Shown here: piece by piece, positions 48,696 to 59,437 of the stretch | Layout of the letters: the number at the start of each line of letters is the position of its first letter | How positions within the stretch are numbered: position 1 is the stretch's first letter | Assembly: GCA_045604645.1 (NCBI GenBank) | Contig: JAZUOM010000001.1 | Span: 8,426-72,425 of the forward strand | From: Ruminococcus sp. | GTDB taxonomy: Bacteria > Bacillota > Clostridia > Oscillospirales > Acutalibacteraceae | Direction of reading: 5' to 3' | DNA: 64,000 bases | Notes under the pieces: model-generated | The model's database searches: none | What the model saw: only the letters and a program-made list of their open reading frames with translations | Told to the model about the DNA's origin: nothing | Position numbers and translations under genes: made by a program

Positions 48696-50739
48696 AACAA
48701 CTCACCTCTTTGAGTTTAGAAATAATCAGCGATTGTTCAAGGTTAACCTTGCCCTCTACCTCGCAAAGTTTAATCTTTGTATTATACATACCCTCGTATA
48801 TTTCAATAAGCGAAAGCTCATTCATACACTCAAGAATAACCCTTAATCGTCCAAAAGTCAGCGTGTCGCAACTGAGCCTGTGGTACAGGTTTTCTACGCT
48901 GTGGTTGTATCCATCATGTGCACGTATAAAGCGGTATACCAGCGCAAACTCTTCCCTTGATGGTAAAAGCAGTTTTGCTTGTTTACTTGTGATATCATCA
49001 CCCCTGCAAAACGCTTCAAATAATTCTTTGGACTGCAAAATTGCATCTTCATCAGAAGAAGAAAACCGCATCTCTTTGATAATTACGCTAAGGCTTTCAA
49101 TATTATTGTATGTATTTTTGTCAAGGGTAACTGCTAAGTCGACTGTATCGTATAATTCGTAAGGGCAGTTGTCCCTGGATGTTGAAAATTTCATTGCTGT
49201 GACTAAGGCGTCGCCTCTTTTTAAAGTAAGTTTAAGGTGTTTTCCCTGGCTTACTTCGTGAATGTCGATGATTGTCATATTATAAAGACCAAACAGCGGT
49301 GCAGGGTTTCCCGCGCCAAAAGGTTCGAGTATTGAAAGCTGATCAACAAGCGACACAGAAAGTTGTGCAGGGTTTAATTTGCAATCAAGTTCAAGCTCAG
49401 GTACCGGCATAGGCACAGTAGCGGCATAGTCATTGATAGCCACAATAAAGTCATCAATGTTTTCTTTTTTGATGCCAAATCCGACAGCCATCGGGTGTCC
49501 GCCAAACTGAGTAAGCAAATCAGAACAAGCAAACACAGCATCGCATATGGAAAAACCTTTTACACTTCTGCCGGATGCTCTGCAACAGTCGTCATCAATA
49601 GAAATAACTATGCTTGGTTTGCCGTAGATTTCTTTTATACGTGAGGCAACAATACCGATAACGCCCTGATGCCAATTTTCGCCACATACTACGATAACCC
49701 TGTTTTGTACGATAGACGGAGTACGTTTTATCCGGCTGTCAATATCGTCAAGAATTTCTTTTTCAATAAGCTGTCGCTGGGTGTTATCCTCGCACAATTC
49801 GAGTGCAATATCACTTGCCAATGCCTCGTCATCTGTCAGCAGCATTGATACAGTTTTCTTTGACAAGCCTAATCTTCCGCCTGCGTTAATACGTGGCACT
49901 AAAGTAAAAGAAACGTTGCCTGTTGTAATTTTTTTGTTTGCAAGTCCTGATTCTTCAATCAATGCTTTTATACCACATCTGTCAGAATTGCTGATGTGTC
50001 TAAGACCATTTTTGACGATAACTCTGTTGTCGCCGCTAAGTGGTACTATATCACCAACTGTACCAAGACAAGCCAGATCAGAGTAGTTGTCAAGCACCTG
50101 CTGTGGGTCGGAGTATTCTCCTTCAATTGCCATAACAAGTTTAAGTGCTACACCAACGCCTGATAATTCTTTAAAAGAACTTTTGCAATCTTCCTGATGC
50201 ATATCAACAATAGCAACAGCATCAGGCAAAACCGAGTTAGGCATATGGTGGTCGGTAACAATAGTATCTATAGAAAGGCTGTTTGCGTAGGCGATTTCGT
50301 CAACTGCCGCAATGCCGTTGTCTACAGTAATGATGAGCTTTACACCTTGTTCACACAGTAGGTTTATGGCATCGGTATTCATACCATAGCCCTCTCCCTC
50401 ACGTGCAGGAATATAGAACATAACATTTGCACCAACTGCATCAAGATAAGAATACAGCAAAGCAGTAGATGTTACACCATCGGCATCAAAATCGCCATAT
50501 ACACAGATTTTTTCGTAGTTTTCAATCGCTGTGACAATTCTGTCAACCGCTTTTTGCATATCCTTTGCTTCAAAAGGGTCACTTAGTACGCTGTCATTGT
50601 ACAAAAACTGATTTATATCATCATCAGAAGTGATGCCTCTTATGTCAAGCAACATTGATATGAGCATCGGCAGTTCGTGCTTTGTCGAAATGGCAAGCGC
50701 CCTGTCTTTATTTAATTGTGCAACTGTCCATTTCTTCAT
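48688..50739 (-). CDS. recJ: Single-stranded-DNA exonuclease RecJ
   Basis: GDFDADG, TVDNG, TDHH, PRINAGGR, GSG-like ASGRS, GGH..A.G, LEPFG.GN. Confidence 0.96.
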   Translation of the reverse strand: MKKWTVAQLNKDRALAISTKHELPMLISMLLDIRGITSDDDINQFLYNDSVLSDPFEAKDMQKAVDRIVTAIENYEKICVYGDFDADGVTSTALLYSYLDAVGANVMFYIPAREGEGYGMNTDAINLLCEQGVKLIITVDNGIAAVDEIAYANSLSIDTIVTDHHMPNSVLPDAVAIVDMHQEDCKSSFKELSGVGVALKLVMAIEGEYSDPQQVLDNYSDLACLGTVGDIVPLSGDNRVIVKNGLRHISNSDRCGIKALIEESGLANKKITTGNVSFTLVPRINAGGRLGLSKKTVSMLLTDDEALASDIALELCEDNTQRQLIEKEILDDIDSRIKRTPSIVQNRVIVVCGENWHQGVIGIVASRIKEIYGKPSIVISIDDDCCRASGRSVKGFSICDAVFACSDLLTQFGGHPMAVGFGIKKENIDDFIVAINDYAATVPMPVPELELDCKLNPAQLSVSLVDQLSILEPFGAGNPAPLFGLYNMTIIDIHEVSQGKHLKLTLKRGDALVTAMKFSTSRDNCPYELYDTVDLAVTLDKNTYNNIESLSVIIKEMRFSSSDEDAILQSKELFEAFCRGDDITSKQAKLLLPSREEFALVYRFIRAHDGYNHSVENLYHRLSCDTLTFGRLRVILECMNELSLIEIYEGMYNTKIKLCEVEGKVNLEQSLIISKLKEVSCFA

Positions 50740-50764
50740 AATAAAACTCCGATTTCTTAATAAT

Positions 50765-52429
50765 TCAATTTGCGTTGTTTAAAAGTCCGCGTGCGTGGTC
50801 AAGTGCAGTCTGGGTTATATTTACACCATCAATGATACGTGCAAGTTCACGTACTCTACCATCAGTATCAAGCTTATCTACATGAGTGAAAGTTTTGTTG
50901 TCAGAAAACTCTTTGCTGATAAGGAAGTGGCTGTCAGCCAAAGCAGCAATCTGTGCCTGATGGGTGACACACATAACCTGTCTGTCTTTTGAAACTTCCT
51001 TAAGCTTCATACCAACCTTTTGTGCAGCAGAGCCGGAAATACCTGTGTCAATTTCGTCAAAAATCAAGGTTTCTATAATATCGTGTCGTGAAAGCACGGT
51101 TTTTATAGCAAGCATCATACGGGAAAGTTCGCCGCCAGATGCAATTTTTGTAACAGGTTTAGGGTCTTCGCCAAGGTTTACTGAAATCAGAAACTCAACT
51201 TTGTCAATACCGTTTCTTGAAAGTTCGCATTCTTCAAACGAAACACATAGCCGAACATTTGGCATCTCCAAAAAAGCCATCTCGTGCTGTACTTGTGACG
51301 AGAATTTCTCAGCAATATTGTGTCTGATTTCTGACAGTTTTTTGGCAATGGCCATAGCATTTTCTTTGAGCTGTTCAAAATGCTTTTGAAGTTTCTCTCT
51401 GTTAATATCATACTGCTCAAGTAAACAAAGCTCTTGTTTTGCGTTTTCTAAATATGTGAGCATCGACTCTTCTGTATCACCGTACTTTCGTGACAGGCGG
51501 TACAGCAAATCAAGTCGCTCCTCTATCGTTTCGAGCCTGTACGGGTCACTGTCGACATCACAAATACCGTTATAAATCTGGTCTGATATATCCTTGAGCT
51601 CGTACAAAGCGTTTGCAAGTCTGTCTGACAAGTCAGTAAAACTCTCATGATAACGCGCCGACACAGACAACGCAGAAAATGCATCATCTGTCATACTGAT
51701 GACACCATCTGTGTCATCATCACCGTCTAGGATAGACTTGGCTTTTATAAGTGATTTTGTGATTTTTTCGCTGTTGAGCAAAACACTTTTTTCTGCAGTG
51801 AGTGAATCAATTTCACCAACAGTAATCTCTGCATTTTCAAGCTCGTCAATTTGATATCTTAAAAGGTCAATTCTTGCAAGGCGCTGTGACTCGTCATCGT
51901 TTGCGTTTTCGAGTTCGTCTTTAGCCTTTGTGTACTCGTAAAAGACCTGCTTATACTGTGCTAAAAGCTTTTCGTTTGATGACAAGGCATCAATATAATG
52001 CAGGTGCAGCGACGGTGACATAAGTTCAAGATTGTCAGACTGTCCGTGGATATTCACAAGATACGCCGACAATTCCCTGAGTGCAGATACAGTAGCAGGG
52101 CGTGAATTGATTTTGCAATTATTTTTGCCTGATACTGACATCTCACGTTGCAAAATGACCATGCCGTCTTCGACCTCAAAGCCAAGTTGTTTTGCTTTTT
52201 TGGCGACTAGATCTGACACATCACAAAACTGGGCACTTACAAAAGCGGACTGAGCCCCTTGTCTGATAATCTGCTTTGTAGTGCGACTGCCAAGCACAGC
52301 GTTGATTGAGTCGATAACAATACTTTTGCCGGCACCGGTTTCGCCGGTAAGCACATTGAAACCATTCGTAAAATCTATATTCGTTTTTTCGATAACTGCT
52401 ATATTTTCAATATACAAATTCGATAACAT
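50765..52429 (-). CDS. recN: DNA repair protein RecN
   Basis: LTGETGAGKS, IHGQ, ASGGELSR, FDEIDTG, VTHQAQIAA. Confidence 0.97.
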   Translation of the reverse strand: MLSNLYIENIAVIEKTNIDFTNGFNVLTGETGAGKSIVIDSINAVLGSRTTKQIIRQGAQSAFVSAQFCDVSDLVAKKAKQLGFEVEDGMVILQREMSVSGKNNCKINSRPATVSALRELSAYLVNIHGQSDNLELMSPSLHLHYIDALSSNEKLLAQYKQVFYEYTKAKDELENANDDESQRLARIDLLRYQIDELENAEITVGEIDSLTAEKSVLLNSEKITKSLIKAKSILDGDDDTDGVISMTDDAFSALSVSARYHESFTDLSDRLANALYELKDISDQIYNGICDVDSDPYRLETIEERLDLLYRLSRKYGDTEESMLTYLENAKQELCLLEQYDINREKLQKHFEQLKENAMAIAKKLSEIRHNIAEKFSSQVQHEMAFLEMPNVRLCVSFEECELSRNGIDKVEFLISVNLGEDPKPVTKIASGGELSRMMLAIKTVLSRHDIIETLIFDEIDTGISGSAAQKVGMKLKEVSKDRQVMCVTHQAQIAALADSHFLISKEFSDNKTFTHVDKLDTDGRVRELARIIDGVNITQTALDHARGLLNNAN

Positions 52430-52449
52430 AATCTAACCTCTGGTGTGTA

Positions 52450-52899
52450 TTATCCCACGTGTCGTAAAAGCTCCTGTGTGTAGTTTCTGGCTGAATCTTC
52501 GTTTTTGCACACAATGAAAATAGTATCATCACCTGCTATTGTACCGACTATCGAATCGTAATTCATAGAGTCAATTGACGCACAAACAGCCTGTGCCATA
52601 CCAGCGTATGTTTTTACAACCACCATATTCATAGCATGCTCAACACTGACAACAGATGAGTCAACTAATGTAAGAAAGTTGTTTTTTGAATTGTTACCAC
52701 CGACCAAAGGTGCCTGATAACGATATTTTCCGTTAGAATCAAGCGACTTTGTAAGTCGAAGTTTTTTGATATCTCTTGATACGGTTGACTGGGTTACATC
52801 AAAACCATCAGCCTTAAGATAATCAAGAAGTTCATCCTGTGTAGTTATAGGAAATTTATTGATCAGCTCAATAATCTTTGTGTGTCTGTTAAGTTTCAT
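52450..52899 (-). CDS. argR: Arginine repressor
   Basis: TQDEL, VTQSTVSRDI, GTIAGDDT. Confidence 0.97.
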   Translation of the reverse strand: MKLNRHTKIIELINKFPITTQDELLDYLKADGFDVTQSTVSRDIKKLRLTKSLDSNGKYRYQAPLVGGNNSKNNFLTLVDSSVVSVEHAMNMVVVKTYAGMAQAVCASIDSMNYDSIVGTIAGDDTIFIVCKNEDSARNYTQELLRHVG

Positions 52900-53762
52900 C
52901 AGTTTTTCTCCTTTAACTTTTCGTTAAGCAGAGTGTAGAAATTTTTCTCTTTGAGAATTATAAGTTCAAGATATGAATCAGCCTGAGTGATAACAATCTC
53001 GTCGCCCTGGATAATTTCAACATTAGTCTGTCCATCAACAACAAGATATGCCCTGCTGTCTTTTGCGTTGTTGACAGTTGCGCTTAATAAAGCATCACTT
53101 GAAAAAACAACCTGTCGTGAGGACAACGCATGAGGACAAATAGGTGTGAGCAGGATACATTTCATATCCGGCTCAACAACAGGTCCGCCTGACGAAAAGC
53201 TGTACGCAGTAGAGCCGGTTGGTGTTGCAAATATCATACCGTCTGCTCTGTGGTTGATAATCTTCTCATCATTTAAAGCCACGGATATATCAAGGATAGG
53301 ACACAACACATCACGAGTGATAGCACACTCATTTACAGCAACAAATTGCTTAATATTGCCAGAGCGCTTGAGTTTAATGTTAAGAAGCATTCTGCGCTGT
53401 AGGGTGTAATCACCTGTAACAAGTTTTTTAAGCTCGTGTATTTCGTCACGCTCAAGTCCTGCAACAAAACCGATGCGTCCCATATTTACACCAATAAGCG
53501 GTTTGTTATACATTGCTGAAAACTTTGCATTATGGATGATTGTGCCGTCGCCACCAACTGTGATAGTAAGGTCGCTGTTTTTTACAACCGCTTCGTCACA
53601 ATCAAAATATGTAATTTTTTCACAACAAATATCATCGATTAATTCTTCTACAGAATTATTTAATATAATTTCGACTTCATCATGAGCGAACAAACGGATA
53701 ATTTGCATAGCACATAAGACAGCCTCGTTTTTATCAATATTGATAACCAGTCCGATTTTCAT
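52899..53762 (-). CDS. nadK: NAD(+) kinase
   Basis: GGDGT, G.N.GR.GF, NE, ADG..ATPTGSTAY..S.GGP, PICPH. Confidence 0.96.
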   Translation of the reverse strand: MKIGLVINIDKNEAVLCAMQIIRLFAHDEVEIILNNSVEELIDDICCEKITYFDCDEAVVKNSDLTITVGGDGTIIHNAKFSAMYNKPLIGVNMGRIGFVAGLERDEIHELKKLVTGDYTLQRRMLLNIKLKRSGNIKQFVAVNECAITRDVLCPILDISVALNDEKIINHRADGMIFATPTGSTAYSFSSGGPVVEPDMKCILLTPICPHALSSRQVVFSSDALLSATVNNAKDSRAYLVVDGQTNVEIIQGDEIVITQADSYLELIILKEKNFYTLLNEKLKEKN

Positions 53763-53774
53763 AATATCACCACT

Positions 53775-54578
53775 TTATTTATCAAGTTCTTCGTGTGATT
53801 TAAGCACAACCTGCTGTGCTGTACATTGAGCAACAAGTTTTGGGGTATCTGATTTTCTGATATGAATAAGGTATTCGATGTTACCCTGTGGGCCTTTAAT
53901 AGGAGAATAATCAAGTGAAAGCACATCGAATCCATTGTTAAGACAAAAGTCAATTATTGAATTTACAACATCGACATGAACATTTTTGTCACGAACAACG
54001 CCGTTTTTTCCGACATTTTCTTTGCCTGCTTCAAACTGAGGCTTTATAAGGCAGACCGCTTCTGAGTCATTGCTCATCAGCTCTCTTGCCACCGGCAAAA
54101 TAAGTTTGAGCGAAATAAAAGAAACATCAACCGAGAAAAAGTCTATTTTGTCAGGTATCTGCTCATTAGTTACATAGCGCATATTTGTGCGCTCAAGGTT
54201 CACAACTCTGCTGTCATTTCTGAGTTTCCACGCAAGCTGACCGTAGCCAACATCAATGGAATAGACTTTTTTTGCGCCGTTTTGAAGCATACAGTCCGTA
54301 AAACCACCGGTAGAAGCACCGATATCCATAGTAATCTTGTCAGCTAGCGAAATCGAAAAACTGCTCATAGCTTTTTCGAGTTTGTAACCGCCACGGCTGA
54401 CATATTTCTGTGTATCGCCCCTGACCTCAAGCGGTAAATTCTCGTCATAAGAAACACCGCATTTGTCGGCTTTCTGATTGTTGACATAGACAAGTCCAGC
54501 CATTATTATCGCCTTTGCCTTCTCCCTACTTTCTGCAAAGCCTTTTTCAAATACCAATACATCAAGACGTTTTTTCAT
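53775..54578 (-). CDS. tlyA: TlyA family rRNA 2'-O-methyltransferase
   Basis: KRLDV, YVSRGGYKL, DIGASTGGFTD, DVSFISL, KPQFE, GNIEYL. Confidence 0.96.
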   Translation of the reverse strand: MKKRLDVLVFEKGFAESREKAKAIIMAGLVYVNNQKADKCGVSYDENLPLEVRGDTQKYVSRGGYKLEKAMSSFSISLADKITMDIGASTGGFTDCMLQNGAKKVYSIDVGYGQLAWKLRNDSRVVNLERTNMRYVTNEQIPDKIDFFSVDVSFISLKLILPVARELMSNDSEAVCLIKPQFEAGKENVGKNGVVRDKNVHVDVVNSIIDFCLNNGFDVLSLDYSPIKGPQGNIEYLIHIRKSDTPKLVAQCTAQQVVLKSHEELDK

Positions 54579-54595
54579 TATATCTCCCGCTATGA

Positions 54596-56449
54596 TTAAT
54601 CTTTTTGCATAATTTCGCACATTGAGTCAGCATCAAGGTGCTGGTGTCTGAGTGCGTCTGTAACAGTAGCGTGAGGCACAAACTTGTCCTCAATCGCAGT
54701 GATTTTGTATATGCCTGTGTAGCCCATCTTTGTCAGTTCATAGTCAAATGTTTCGCCGATTCCACCTGCCAAAATACCTTCTTCAAAGAAATGGATTTTT
54801 TCAAACTGTTTTGAAAACTCGATTGCTTTTTTATCAATAGGTTTGATTCTGCATAATTTGAGAACACAGATAGATTCGCCCTTTGCCTTAAGTTTATTAT
54901 AAGCCTCTACTGCATTTGAAAAAAGTCTGCCGTAAGTTATGAGCAATTTTTTAGCGTTTCGCTCCCCGTATATATCGTAGTTCATACTACTTTTTTCCAA
55001 ATCTTTTGGTCGTATACTTTCGCTTCCTCGAGGGTAGCGGATAGCAACAAGACTTTCGCAGCCATAAAGCGCAGTGTTGAGCGATTGTTTCATCTCGTCA
55101 AAATAGCATGGCGAAAAAATAGTAGTGTTAGGAATGGAGTTCAGCATAGACACATCAAAAACACCCTGATGTGTTTCACCATCTTCACCGACAATGCCCG
55201 CTCTGTCAATCGCAACTACCATATGCAGTTTTTGCATAGCAGCATCGTGTAAAAGTTGGTCATAGCTACGCTGTAAAAATGTTGAATACACAGCAAAGAC
55301 AGGTATCATACCCTTTGTTGCAAGTCCTGATGAAAAGGTCACAGCGTGTTGCTCTGCAATACCAACATCAAAAAATCTGTCCTTGTACAAGCGTGAAAAT
55401 TCAAGCAGTCCTGTACCTGTACGCATAGCAGCAGTAATAGCACAAACACGATTGTCACCTTGTGCTATGTGACAAAGTGCTTCGCCAAATGCTGTGGAAA
55501 AATCTTTCTTTGTTGAAATAGGCTCGCCAGTATCAATATGAAACTGACCGATTCCATGAAAACTCGCAGAGTCGCTTTCTGCGTACTGATAGCCCTTACC
55601 TTTTTTTGTGACAACGTGCAAAAGCACAGGTCCTTTTGAAGATTTTGACGCATACATAGCGTTTCGCAAAGCCTCGATATCATGGCCGTCAACAGGTCCG
55701 TAATAGCTGTAGCCAAGCTGCTCAAAAAGTGTGTCTCTGTACACAATGTTCTTCAGTCTTGATTTTGAGCGTCTGAGTAATGATTTTATCGGTGAACCTA
55801 TGATAGGTATTTTAGTAAGTATATTTTCGACCTTGTTTTTCACCCTAAGATAAGAAGGTTTGACACGGATGCTCGTCAGATACTTTGCAATAGCGCCGAC
55901 GTTTTGTGAAATTGACATCTTGTTGTCATTTAATACTACAATAAAATTCTTTGAATATCTGCCCGCGTTGTTAAGTCCCTCGTAAGCAAGACCGCCGGTG
56001 AGTGAGCCGTCGCCGATAACAGCGATAGTGTAGCTGTTGTCACCTTTGAGTTTCTTTGCGGATGCTATACCAAAAGCAGCCGAAATAGAGGTGCTTGAAT
56101 GACCTGCATTAAAAGCATCGTATTCGCTTTCGCTTCTTTTCGGAAAACCGGAAACCCCGTTTTCTGTGCGGATAGTGTGGATATCTTTATATCTGCCTGT
56201 GAGCATCTTATGTGTGTAGCACTGATGTCCTACGTCCCACACAATGCTGTCAACAGGACAATCAAACACATAATGAAGCATAACAGTGAGTTCTACTACA
56301 CCCAGGTTTGGCGAGAGATGTCCACCATTTACTGATACGGTATCAATGATTTTTTCTCTGATTTCTTCACAAAGTTTTTTGAGAGTTTTATCGTCAAAAT
56401 GCTTGATATCCTCAGGTGATTTAATTGTAGATAAAATTTCGTATGACAT
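54596..56449 (-). CDS. dxs: 1-deoxy-D-xylulose-5-phosphate synthase
   Basis: GGHL..NLGVVEL, DVGHQ, GDGSLTGG, NDN, GIAEQH, GEDGETHQG, IRYPRG. Confidence 0.97.
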   Translation of the reverse strand: MSYEILSTIKSPEDIKHFDDKTLKKLCEEIREKIIDTVSVNGGHLSPNLGVVELTVMLHYVFDCPVDSIVWDVGHQCYTHKMLTGRYKDIHTIRTENGVSGFPKRSESEYDAFNAGHSSTSISAAFGIASAKKLKGDNSYTIAVIGDGSLTGGLAYEGLNNAGRYSKNFIVVLNDNKMSISQNVGAIAKYLTSIRVKPSYLRVKNKVENILTKIPIIGSPIKSLLRRSKSRLKNIVYRDTLFEQLGYSYYGPVDGHDIEALRNAMYASKSSKGPVLLHVVTKKGKGYQYAESDSASFHGIGQFHIDTGEPISTKKDFSTAFGEALCHIAQGDNRVCAITAAMRTGTGLLEFSRLYKDRFFDVGIAEQHAVTFSSGLATKGMIPVFAVYSTFLQRSYDQLLHDAAMQKLHMVVAIDRAGIVGEDGETHQGVFDVSMLNSIPNTTIFSPCYFDEMKQSLNTALYGCESLVAIRYPRGSESIRPKDLEKSSMNYDIYGERNAKKLLITYGRLFSNAVEAYNKLKAKGESICVLKLCRIKPIDKKAIEFSKQFEKIHFFEEGILAGGIGETFDYELTKMGYTGIYKITAIEDKFVPHATVTDALRHQHLDADSMCEIMQKD

Positions 56450-56475
56450 AAAATTACCTACTTTTTATATGAAAA

Positions 56476-57357
56476 TTATTTTTGTCTTTTTGCAAGGCTT
56501 AAAGCCAGTTCTTCTAATGGTTTTGTATCGTTATCAAAGGCTTTGAGGCAATCAATCGCCTTTTTTGTAAGGCTTTGTACAAGCTCGTTGCACTTATCTA
56601 TACCAAGTAGCGACACATAAGTTGACTTGTTGTTATTGCTGTCGCTGCCGACAGGTTTGCCCAAATCTTCTGACGTAGACGTAACATCAAGAATATCGTC
56701 CATAATCTGAAACGCAAGCCCGATACTGTGTGCATAATCGCAAGCGGCACTAATCTGTTTTTGTGATGCACCGCCTATGATACAGCCCATCTCGCAAGCT
56801 GCTTTGATAAGTGCGGCTGTTTTCTTTTCGTCCATTTCAGATAAAACTGAAAGCTCAGCGTTTTTGTTCTCATTTTGTATATCAATTACCTGTCCGCCAA
56901 CCATGCCAAGAGCACCGCAGTATTTAGACAGTGTATGTGCGGCTTTGACTGCTCTGTCTGCGGTTGTGGCACTTACAGCCTCATCAGACAGCATAATCTC
57001 AAAAGCAAGGCTTTGCAGTGCGTCGCCTGAAAGTGTAGCGATATCTTCGCCAAAAACAATGTGATTTGATTTTTTGCCTCTGCGGTAGTCGTCGTCATCC
57101 ATACAAGGCAAGTCATCATGAATAAGCGAATATGTGTGAATCATCTCAACAGCGCAGGCATAAGGCAACGACGCTTTTACATCTGCACCGCATAATTCAC
57201 AAAAAAGTAAAGTAAGCAAAGGTCTTATACGCTTTCCTCCACACATAAGTGAATACTCCATCGAATCAATCAGGGTCTGCTCAGTAAAGTTGCCCTGTGG
57301 AAGATAGCTCTTTAATGCATTTTCGATAAGATTCTGATAATAATTTATGTTTGACAT
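56476..57357 (-). CDS. ispA: Farnesyl diphosphate synthase/polyprenyl synthetase
   Basis: GGKRIRP, HDDLPCMD, RRG, GQ..D, FQI.DD. Confidence 0.94.
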   Translation of the reverse strand: MSNINYYQNLIENALKSYLPQGNFTEQTLIDSMEYSLMCGGKRIRPLLTLLFCELCGADVKASLPYACAVEMIHTYSLIHDDLPCMDDDDYRRGKKSNHIVFGEDIATLSGDALQSLAFEIMLSDEAVSATTADRAVKAAHTLSKYCGALGMVGGQVIDIQNENKNAELSVLSEMDEKKTAALIKAACEMGCIIGGASQKQISAACDYAHSIGLAFQIMDDILDVTSTSEDLGKPVGSDSNNNKSTYVSLLGIDKCNELVQSLTKKAIDCLKAFDNDTKPLEELALSLAKRQK

Positions 57358-57366
57358 AACGACACC

Positions 57367-57597
57367 TTAGTCCTCAAATAAACTTTCTTTGTCTGACTTC
57401 ATTTTATCGATACGCTCGTTGATATCGATAATCTGTCCTTTGCATTCTTCGAGCTTGTTAGTACAGAATGTGAGTAGCTTGTAGGCCTGTTCGTAGAGTT
57501 TCATACACTCGTCTAAAGGCACGTCACTTTTTTCCATTTTTGATACTATTTCTTCGAGCTCTTTGTTTGCTTTTTCAAATGTCATATCTTTGTTCAT
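57367..57597 (-). CDS. xseB: Exodeoxyribonuclease VII small subunit
   Basis: TFE.A..ELEEIV..ME....LDE...LYE....L...C..KL; upstream of ispA. Confidence 0.88.
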   Translation of the reverse strand: MNKDMTFEKANKELEEIVSKMEKSDVPLDECMKLYEQAYKLLTFCTNKLEECKGQIIDINERIDKMKSDKESLFED

Positions 57598-57598
57598 A

Positions 57599-58510
57599 TC
57601 AGTCATCCTCTTGTGATAATTGAATAATTTTAGTAAGTCTGTGGTTAACTCCGCTTCTGGAAATCTGAGGGTTGAGCATCTGGCCCATATCTCTTAAAGA
57701 TAGTTCAGGATACTCAACACGCAAATTTGCTATTTCTTTGAGTTCATCAGAAAGCGTGTTGAATTTTCCGTTTGATTTCAGTTTGTTTATCGCTTTTATC
57801 TGGGTGGCAGCGGCACCTGCAACTTTCTGAAGATTTGCTATCTCGGAATTTGTACGACGGTTTATGGTGTTTCGAACCTGTTTAAGGGCTTTTGCGCCCA
57901 TAACTGTCATTGCTGAATTAGGTGCCCCCATAAAGGTGAGCAAATCGGTAATCTGCTCGCTGTCTTTTATGTAGCCGACATAACAACCGTTTCGGTTGTG
58001 CATTTTTATATTTATGTTGCAATCCTCGATATCTCTTATGATATTACAGATATCATTGCACAAATTTTTGTGAGTGATACAAAGTTCAAGATGGTATGCT
58101 TTGTCAGGGTCTGTGACAGAGCCACACGAAAGAAAAACTCCCCTTACAAAAGCACGCTCACAATCAGCATCAGGCAGGTTTGCACGATTGACCCGAAGGC
58201 TTATCTGCTTGTCATCATGACCGTAAAAATCAAAAATTTTACGACAGTCATTAGCGTCTATTATGCGGACTGTGTAAACTTTTGAAGTTTTTGATAGTGG
58301 CCCGATGCGCTCAATAATCGGCGAAAAAAGCATCGTGCACAGACTTATAAAGCGGTTTGCCGTGTGCTTGTTTTCGGTTTTGAAAACTATGCTATCAGAC
58401 GAAAAATGCCGTGATAAAACAAGCATAGCATACAGTTCAGCCCTTAGCACATCAACATCGGTTGATGTATCAGAGCACAATTCTCTTTTTGTATCAGTAG
58501 CAAAAGACAT
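57599..58510 (-). CDS. whiA: DNA-binding protein WhiA
   Basis: MSFA..K.EL, RG.FL..GS.TDP...YHLE, NR..N.E.AN, SRSGVNHRL. Confidence 0.95.
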   Translation of the reverse strand: MSFATDTKRELCSDTSTDVDVLRAELYAMLVLSRHFSSDSIVFKTENKHTANRFISLCTMLFSPIIERIGPLSKTSKVYTVRIIDANDCRKIFDFYGHDDKQISLRVNRANLPDADCERAFVRGVFLSCGSVTDPDKAYHLELCITHKNLCNDICNIIRDIEDCNINIKMHNRNGCYVGYIKDSEQITDLLTFMGAPNSAMTVMGAKALKQVRNTINRRTNSEIANLQKVAGAAATQIKAINKLKSNGKFNTLSDELKEIANLRVEYPELSLRDMGQMLNPQISRSGVNHRLTKIIQLSQEDD

Positions 58511-58537
58511 AATATTTCCCTCTTTCACAGAGAAACA

Positions 58538-59404
58538 TCATGCTTTCCAGATATCTCTGTGATGAATTGCTGATTGTTGGTTGTTCTCGACAAAGTGTCT
58601 GTTTAAGAGTCTTGCAAGTGTAACAGAGCGGTGTTTTCCGCCTGTACAGCCAATGCCGATAACGAGTTCGCTTTTTCCCTCTTCTTTATATAGCGGAATT
58701 GAAAAATCGATAAAACTAATAAGTTTTTCGACAAATTGTTGTGTCACATCAAAGTCAAGCACGTACTTACGCACATCTTCGTCAAGACCTGTTTTGTGCT
58801 TGAGCTCTTTTATATAGAAAGGATTTGGCAGACATCTGACATCAAAAATCAAATCTGCTTCAGGCGGTATTCCGTATTTAAACCCAAATGACATACATGT
58901 GATGAGCATACCGTCATGAGCACCCTGCGAAAACATAGTTGTGACACGTTCTTTGAGCTGTTTTGGTGTCATATACGATGTGTTGATAACATAGTCAGAA
59001 ATCACCTTGACAGGTTTCATAAGCTCTGCTTCAAGATTTACTGCATCTTCGATAGAGCCGTTAGGCACCTCTGTTGACAATGGATGCTTTCGTCTGGTTT
59101 CCTTGTATCTTATGAGCAGAGTATCTGTCTTTGTATCAAGATAGAGCAGCTTGAAGCGCTTGCCCTCAAGTTTGCTTTTGCTGATAACATCACAAAGTTC
59201 GTTAAACATCTTGCCTGAACGCATATCAGCAACAACCGCAACTTTTTTCATTCTGCTATCAGCAGAGTTGTCGCAAAGGTCATAGAAAGTATCAAGCAAA
59301 AGTGGTGGTATATTATCAACACAGTAAAAGCCGATGTCCTCCATTGCGTGCAAAGCACTTGTTTTGCCTGCACCTGAAAGACCGGTGATTATTACAAATT
59401 CCAT
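58538..59404 (-). CDS. rapZ: RNase adapter RapZ/YvcJ P-loop ATPase
   Basis: GLSGAGKT, VDNIP, ETRR.HPL, SFGFKYG, DVRCLPNP, GCTGGKHRSV. Confidence 0.95.
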   Translation of the reverse strand: MEFVIITGLSGAGKTSALHAMEDIGFYCVDNIPPLLLDTFYDLCDNSADSRMKKVAVVADMRSGKMFNELCDVISKSKLEGKRFKLLYLDTKTDTLLIRYKETRRKHPLSTEVPNGSIEDAVNLEAELMKPVKVISDYVINTSYMTPKQLKERVTTMFSQGAHDGMLITCMSFGFKYGIPPEADLIFDVRCLPNPFYIKELKHKTGLDEDVRKYVLDFDVTQQFVEKLISFIDFSIPLYKEEGKSELVIGIGCTGGKHRSVTLARLLNRHFVENNQQSAIHHRDIWKA

Positions 59405-59437
59405 ATAAATTCCCCGCATTCAAATGTAAGTTAAGAT

